DNA of 64,000 nt, from NCBI GenBank assembly GCA_964507625.1, contig CAZDPR010000003.1:15101-79100 (forward strand), read 5' to 3'. A program made the position numbers and the translations under genes. Under the pieces are notes generated by a model. It was not told the DNA's origin. It searched no databases and was given only the letters and a program-made list of their open reading frames with translations. The DNA is from an uncultured Candidatus Saccharibacteria bacterium. Its GTDB lineage: Bacteria > Patescibacteriota > Minisyncoccia > Phycocordibacterales > UBA1006. Numbering within the stretch: the stretch's first letter is position 1; every line of letters starts with the position of its first letter. Below are positions 58,660 through 64,000 of the stretch, in pieces.

Positions 58660-59367
58660 CTACTTATGTTCAAAAACTTTTTTCCCAATCCATTCTATTT
58701 TTTGGATAAACTTAGAAGGATTAGTTTTGAGTTCTTTTATATAGGTGAGTACTGGGTTTCCATATTTTGAGAATTTATATTCTCTTTTTTTAAGAGCTAA
58801 CTCAAAATGCTTTTTTGAAGTTTTAATATCAACCCCAAAATTTTCCCCATTTTCCCATTCAATAATCAAATCGGAGTGAAGAAATTTATCTTCATTTTTA
58901 TTTGATTTTCTGACAGATCTTATCATTGAGCTACCTTTTTGAACTTCACTGTCAACAACATCGAAAGCAAGAGATTCAGTTTCATATCCTCGCATTCGTG
59001 CATGTATTTCTTCATTAATTTTTTTATATAAATTATTATAATTAACAAGATCTCCATTAATTATAATATTAAGGTTTTGTGAATTTGTTCTTTCAATAAA
59101 CATATCACTACTTATCCTTTTTAAAAATGAAAAAGTAAATTCAATTTTTTCTCCGGTTATTAAGTTTATTCTGTAAAACAACTGAATAGAAGAAAGTACT
59201 TCAAGTGTTTCTATTTTTCGTAATAAAATGAATTCTTGAAAAATAGAGTTTAAATCTTTTTTAAGAAGAATGTCTCGTTGATTACCCCATTGATTGTAAG
59301 GAATCTTTTTTCTCGATTGTTCACCTTTTTCATAAGAAGAAAGATGAACACTTTTTTTCTTGCTCAT
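58660..59367 (-). CDS. AT-rich hypothetical protein, possible PD-(D/E)xK nuclease fold
   Basis: GYETE...ED..SDLII..GVDIKTS. Confidence 0.5.
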   Translation of the reverse strand: MSKKKSVHLSSYEKGEQSRKKIPYNQWGNQRDILLKKDLNSIFQEFILLRKIETLEVLSSIQLFYRINLITGEKIEFTFSFLKRISSDMFIERTNSQNLNIIINGDLVNYNNLYKKINEEIHARMRGYETESLAFDVVDSEVQKGSSMIRSVRKSNKNEDKFLHSDLIIEWENGENFGVDIKTSKKHFELALKKREYKFSKYGNPVLTYIKELKTNPSKFIQKIEWIGKKVFEHK

Positions 59368-59427
59368 CTTAACTTGTTTTTTCTAAAATACCACAAAAAT
59401 AAAAAAATGCAAGTATTCTGCATTTTT

Positions 59428-59967
59428 TTATATCACCATTAATTTTTTAAATATTTCAAAAGTTGCACGTATGTCTGCCAATGCAGTGTGCGCCTTTTCA
59501 TTTTTTACCCCCAGTCGTTCACAGAGTTCTCGTAATGTAAAACTGGTCATTGTTGGATCTTTTCGAAACCGCATATACGCAAGTGGAATAGTGTCGAGTT
59601 TTGCGTAAAAAAATGGATCTTTAATATTTTTTTTACCAAAAGCAACGGCTAAAAATGAATAGTCAAAGCTTACATTTTGCGCCACCATAACACATCCATC
59701 ACATTTTTGAGAAAGCACGGTGAGTGCTTCTTCTAATGAATGCGCGAACATCCAATCAGTTTCGTTGTACCCATTAATACGGAGCGCTTCCTGTTCTGCG
59801 GTTTCTATATGTTCTGGTTTTATTTTATACTCAAACTCCTCTATCATTACCCATTCGCCTTTTTCATCCTGTTTTGCAATTAAGCAACCTAGTTCAACAA
59901 TTTCATGTTTATATGGATTAGTCCCTGTTGTTTCAATATCAACAAATGCTAAACGTTTTCCTTTCAT
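59428..59967 (-). CDS. DEDDh 3'-5' exonuclease (DnaQ-like)
   Basis: DIETTG, AQNVSFD, HTALAD. Confidence 0.92.
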   Translation of the reverse strand: MKGKRLAFVDIETTGTNPYKHEIVELGCLIAKQDEKGEWVMIEEFEYKIKPEHIETAEQEALRINGYNETDWMFAHSLEEALTVLSQKCDGCVMVAQNVSFDYSFLAVAFGKKNIKDPFFYAKLDTIPLAYMRFRKDPTMTSFTLRELCERLGVKNEKAHTALADIRATFEIFKKLMVI

Positions 59968-59992
59968 AGATATAATTTTATTAACTCATAAA

Positions 59993-61030
59993 TTAACGCA
60001 AATATCGTCTTTTATTTGCAACATGCTCATCATGTGTTTTCCCATATCGAATAGCGCCACTATCATCATGAAGATAGTACCAATATTCAGATTTTTGTGG
60101 TTCGAGGGCAGCCTGAATCATTGCTTCGCCAGGATTATTAATTGGACCAATCGGTAAACCTTTCCGAGTATAGGTATTATAGGGATTATCAGTACGCAAA
60201 TCTTTCAAGGTTAAATTACTACTCCCCTTTTGGTGTGTATATAAAAATGTGGCATCTACCTGCATTGGCATACCTGAATCTATTCTTTTCCATAAAATTC
60301 CAGCAATAATCTTTGCCTCTTCTGCATTATATGCTTCTTTTTCTAAAATAGATGCCATAGTAATAATTTCTTTCCATGTTCGTTGTTTCCCTCCAAAAGA
60401 ATCCTTCGTTAGTCCATTTCTGTTAAAAAATGAATTAAATTTATTTTCTATTCGATCAGATTCCTGTTTCAACGAATTAATAACTTGGTCTACCGAAGTT
60501 GTCCTAAAGAAAAAATAGGTATTTGGAAATAAAAATCCTTCCTGTTCTTTGGTTTTTAGTAAAAATTCTCCCGTATTAAAATCGGGAATTGATTTTTGTA
60601 AAATTTCTGACATCTGCACTATTGTTATTCCTTCTGGGAAAGTAACTCGAATTTGACCATTACCATATATTCCTCGATTTATTCTATATAAAACTGCAAA
60701 TACGGTTTCTGGTTTTTCAAAAATATAATCACCAACAATAATTGGTTTTTTATTAAATCGTGCAGAGAGGAGAATTCTAAACCAATCAGCAGAACGAATA
60801 ACATTCGACTCCTTGAGAACCTGCGCCAAATCCCGAGAAAGCATACCGGGATAAATAGTAATAACAGTATCAGGGGTAAAATTTTTTGGTGGACGGGAAA
60901 GGATAGTAATAATGAGCAAGATTATAATAATACAAAAAATAATTCCAAAAAAAACATAACGAAAAAAACCAGAAGGTTTTTTCGGGGTAAACTCAAAAGA
61001 ATATAATGGTTTGCGATTCTTATTAAACAT
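59993..61030 (-). CDS. mltG: endolytic transglycosylase MltG
   Basis: EGFLFPNTY, MASILEKE, MQVDAT, YNTY..GLP.GPINNPG. Confidence 0.96.
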   Translation of the reverse strand: MFNKNRKPLYSFEFTPKKPSGFFRYVFFGIIFCIIIILLIITILSRPPKNFTPDTVITIYPGMLSRDLAQVLKESNVIRSADWFRILLSARFNKKPIIVGDYIFEKPETVFAVLYRINRGIYGNGQIRVTFPEGITIVQMSEILQKSIPDFNTGEFLLKTKEQEGFLFPNTYFFFRTTSVDQVINSLKQESDRIENKFNSFFNRNGLTKDSFGGKQRTWKEIITMASILEKEAYNAEEAKIIAGILWKRIDSGMPMQVDATFLYTHQKGSSNLTLKDLRTDNPYNTYTRKGLPIGPINNPGEAMIQAALEPQKSEYWYYLHDDSGAIRYGKTHDEHVANKRRYLR

Positions 61031-61036
61031 ACTACA

Positions 61037-62410
61037 TTAAATAGGAAGATTAGCGGGTGGTTCAGCTTTTTGGGCAGCAATACGCTCAAATGATCCTGTA
61101 GTGGAAACACGACCAGGAAAATGGAAAATTGTTGCAAGCTCTTCAGTGTTGAGCGTGAACGGTTTTTTTCCATCTTTTTCAACAGAAAAGAAATAAAATT
61201 TATCTTCTGAAGAAGTTGCAGGTGCATAATAATATGCACGCTTTACATATTGTTCAAACATTTTTTTCTGATTTTTTGTAGCACGAACACCTTCGGGATC
61301 TTGCCAAGGAAAATCAAATGCATTTGTAAAATTGGTCATTGATAAGCCATTGTAAGGCGCTGTTTTGGGTGCTGCAAACTGACGAAGCGCACTAGTGATT
61401 TCTGTCGGACAACGCATACCATTAAATGATTCTTTTTTAGCGTAATAAATGACCCGAATACCAACATCAAAACCGAGTTTAGTAATACTTCGTTCAATCC
61501 GATCAACAAGCTCTTTTTTATCTGGGGGAAGATTTTTATATCCACCTACTTTTTTTGCTTTTTCACCTTCACCTGCAGTTGCAGTTGCGTAATCATCGAG
61601 AATTTCCTTAACCAATCGTTGACCCTGTGCCTGCCAGTCCTCAATCTTACCATCTTTTTCTAAATGAAGATAGTCTTCCTTTTCACCAAATAAATGTTTA
61701 AAAAACCAGTCTTCTTGTTTTGCTTCACTGAGTTTTAAATTTTTACCAGCAGCCCGAACGAAAATCTGAATCCAAACCTGCTCACCTTTTTTCAGTGAGC
61801 CAAGCATTTCGATGAGCGGTGTGAGCGGATCAATTTTCTGTTCTTCATCTAATGATAATGATTTATTATCCATTCCAAAATCTAAATAAGTTTTAATAGG
61901 AATAGCATCATCCTTGTCAAGCTTCATTTCAAAACCACGTAATTCCCAACCATTTCCTTTTGCGAACTTGGGAACATATCGGGTATAGTCATCAACTTCA
62001 GTTACTTCAGCATTAGGATATTGTGAATAAATTTGTGTTTCTACTAAATTTTTAAATCGTGATTCTATGCGAATGAAAAAATAAATATTTCCTTCAATAG
62101 AAACAATTTCAAGCGTATGGTACGCCATTACTTTTCCTTTCCAGTTTCGGTCATACCAAGTTCCCACCCCGCCTGCCTGATATAATGCATTCGCTAAAAT
62201 AATTTCCATAGCTTCTGGAGTTTTATATACATCTTTTGGAATTTTTACTTCAAGGAGCGACCATTTGAGCCCTGATAAAAATTCTAATCGCTTCTTTTTT
62301 TTCCACCAATTTTGTGCCAATAAAAAAGAAACTAACGGAACCCAAACGACCGATGTTTTTATTACTATCGGTATAATGAGTTCACTCATGACTGATTCTA
62401 TAATAATCAT
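61037..62410 (-). CDS. conserved-looking CPR membrane protein of unknown function
   Basis: LLEVKIP..P.AME, YSQYP.AEV..DY, PIKTY, LNTEELATIFHFP, EPPANLP. Confidence 0.75.
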   Translation of the reverse strand: MIIIESVMSELIIPIVIKTSVVWVPLVSFLLAQNWWKKKKRLEFLSGLKWSLLEVKIPKDVYKTPEAMEIILANALYQAGGVGTWYDRNWKGKVMAYHTLEIVSIEGNIYFFIRIESRFKNLVETQIYSQYPNAEVTEVDDYTRYVPKFAKGNGWELRGFEMKLDKDDAIPIKTYLDFGMDNKSLSLDEEQKIDPLTPLIEMLGSLKKGEQVWIQIFVRAAGKNLKLSEAKQEDWFFKHLFGEKEDYLHLEKDGKIEDWQAQGQRLVKEILDDYATATAGEGEKAKKVGGYKNLPPDKKELVDRIERSITKLGFDVGIRVIYYAKKESFNGMRCPTEITSALRQFAAPKTAPYNGLSMTNFTNAFDFPWQDPEGVRATKNQKKMFEQYVKRAYYYAPATSSEDKFYFFSVEKDGKKPFTLNTEELATIFHFPGRVSTTGSFERIAAQKAEPPANLPI

Positions 62411-62460
62411 AGATGTTCCAAGTATACCACAAACAAAAAACAACGGAAATCCGTTGTTTT

Positions 62461-63504
62461 TTATTTTACAATTGTATATAAACCGTCTTTTGTTTTTGTA
62501 AAATATTTTGGATTTTGCAAATTTACTAAAATAGTATTTTTCTTAAGGTATCGTTCTTTCATTACTTTTTCTACAATATCTTCTTTACTCATTGGTCCTT
62601 CTGCTTTCAAAATATCAGCAATAACATCACGTACTACTCCGGTTTTATAACCCCATTCTTTTAGTGCATATACACCACGTCCCACTAATACAAATCGATC
62701 ATCTTTGATTAATTCATTGTGAGTTGTTGCAATATGTGTTTTTTTACCAAAAGTTTTATTAATTGCTGCTGCTACTTCTCGGAAATGCATTGGTGATCCA
62801 TGTCGTCGCATAACTAAATATGCATAATCTTTCACCCCACGAGTTTTCACGTTAGGAGAACTCGCTCGACCCCATTCTCCAAGTTTGTTTGAAGAAAGTG
62901 TTTTTGAAATTTGCAACCATCGTTTTGCAGTAGTCGCATCAACGTTATGTGAATCAATTTGACACACACCCTCATGGCATAAAATACGATCAATGATTTC
63001 GTTTTCAGAAATAAGGTCATGTTCAGCAAGGCTCGCATGTACATCAATGAGCGCTCGGTGTACGGTTTCTGCAACAGGATGATTCGTCACCCAACGTTTT
63101 TTATATGAATGATCTTCTTTCATTTCTCGGAATTCATCACCAAGTGTTAAATAGAGAGCAATATGATTTTGAGTAACTCGATCTGGTGCCAACATGGGGA
63201 GTAATTCTTCTTCTGCAACAATTCCACCTAAATCCTGAATAATTTTTTTCAATTCAGCAAAAATTTCTTCTGCCTCATGATAACTATCTGATTTTTTGAT
63301 AGCATTCAATGCAAAATTTTCAATTTGTCGTACTCGTTCACGAGTAATACCATATCGATTACCGATTGATTCTAAGGTCATTCGTTCTCCTGTGTCATCA
63401 AGTCCGAAACGGTTAACAACCACTTGCTGTGCTCGATCTTGGAGATGTTTTAACAATTTTTTTGTTGTCTGTTTTGGTTTAAAAGTAATAGTCACCTTTC
63501 CCAT
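62461..63504 (-). CDS. sigma70 region-4 plus C-terminal HTH (RNAP delta-like) protein
   Basis: TLESIG.RYGITRERVRQIE; PMHFREVA; HNELI.D.RFVLVGRG.YAL.EWGY. Confidence 0.82.
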   Translation of the reverse strand: MGKVTITFKPKQTTKKLLKHLQDRAQQVVVNRFGLDDTGERMTLESIGNRYGITRERVRQIENFALNAIKKSDSYHEAEEIFAELKKIIQDLGGIVAEEELLPMLAPDRVTQNHIALYLTLGDEFREMKEDHSYKKRWVTNHPVAETVHRALIDVHASLAEHDLISENEIIDRILCHEGVCQIDSHNVDATTAKRWLQISKTLSSNKLGEWGRASSPNVKTRGVKDYAYLVMRRHGSPMHFREVAAAINKTFGKKTHIATTHNELIKDDRFVLVGRGVYALKEWGYKTGVVRDVIADILKAEGPMSKEDIVEKVMKERYLKKNTILVNLQNPKYFTKTKDGLYTIVK

Positions 63505-63694
63505 AAAATTCAGCGTAAGAAAGTTAAATGGATAATAGAACAATTCATTATAGAAAGAACAGTCTTTCAGTTCGATTTCCTTGTTACAAAATTATAGTAT
63601 CACGACTAAAAGCAAAAGTCAAATTTCTGTCAAGGCTTATTTTCTCAATATATTTACAAGATTGTAAAGGACATAGTATTGATCAATTTGTCCT

Positions 63695-64000
63695 TTATCG
63701 TTTCTTTAAAATCTTTTTCAAATATTTACCCGTATGACTTACTGGATTGTTTGCAACCTCTTCTGGAGTACCTTTTGCGATAATTTTCCCTCCTCCAACA
63801 CCACCCTCAGGACCGAAATCTAATAGGTAGTCTGCACATTTAATTACATCTAAATTATGTTCAATTAATACTACTGTATTTCCACGATCTACTAATTTTT
63901 CGAGCACTTGAATGAGTCGTTTTACATCTTCAAAGTGAAGTCCTACAGTAGGTTCGTCTAGTAAGTAAATCGTTTTTTGCGTCATCGGACGATACAGTTC
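63695..64000 (-). CDS. uvrA: excinuclease ABC subunit A, 3' end (partial)
   Basis: [33 protein letters not shown]. Confidence 0.96.
   Translation of the reverse strand, partial: ELYRPMTQKTIYLLDEPTVGLHFEDVKRLIQVLEKLVDRGNTVVLIEHNLDVIKCADYLLDFGPEGGVGGGKIIAKGTPEEVANNPVSHTGKYLKKILKKR

Overview
AT-rich chromosomal segment that reads as a Patescibacteria/CPR (Parcubacteria-like) genome using genetic code 11; the taxon is inferred from gene content (compact alaS, PaaX-like gene divergent from dnaK, sigma-r4/HTH protein, ECF sigma plus DUF5667-like partner, no visible Shine-Dalgarno sites). The backbone is housekeeping: greA, mrdA, dnaX, dus, ftsQ, serS, dprA, topA, ychF, udg, ndh, rel, ftsI-ftsL-rsmH-mraZ, rplU, cysS, dnaJ/dnaK/grpE, the infA-rpmJ-rpsM-rpsK-rpsD-rpoA-rplQ-rplM-rpsI block, alaS, pepF, mnmA, mltG, the uvrA 3' end, and tRNA-Gln, -Ala and -Ile. 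The first ~10 kb is accessory (DpnI-family nuclease, RhuM-Fic/Doc, orphan Fic-antitoxin-like peptide, redox genes, gene remnants). No CRISPR array, IS or prophage is visible. Leading unexplained signals: (1) five GATC sites in 51 bp with a palindrome, directly behind a GATC-free DpnI gene and ahead of a small acidic ORF; (2) about 15 solitary ORFans and about 5 ORF-less units, each with its own sigma70-like promoter and terminator, inserted between mostly leaderless core genes; (3) a fully structured ~120-nt RNA in front of tRNA-Ala; (4) a shared non-CIRCE hairpin motif upstream of dnaK and grpE; (5) an AGR-codon patch inside alaS; (6) a viral-type DUF5872-like gene split by one in-frame TAA. 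All family calls come from motif recognition by eye; no searches were run.
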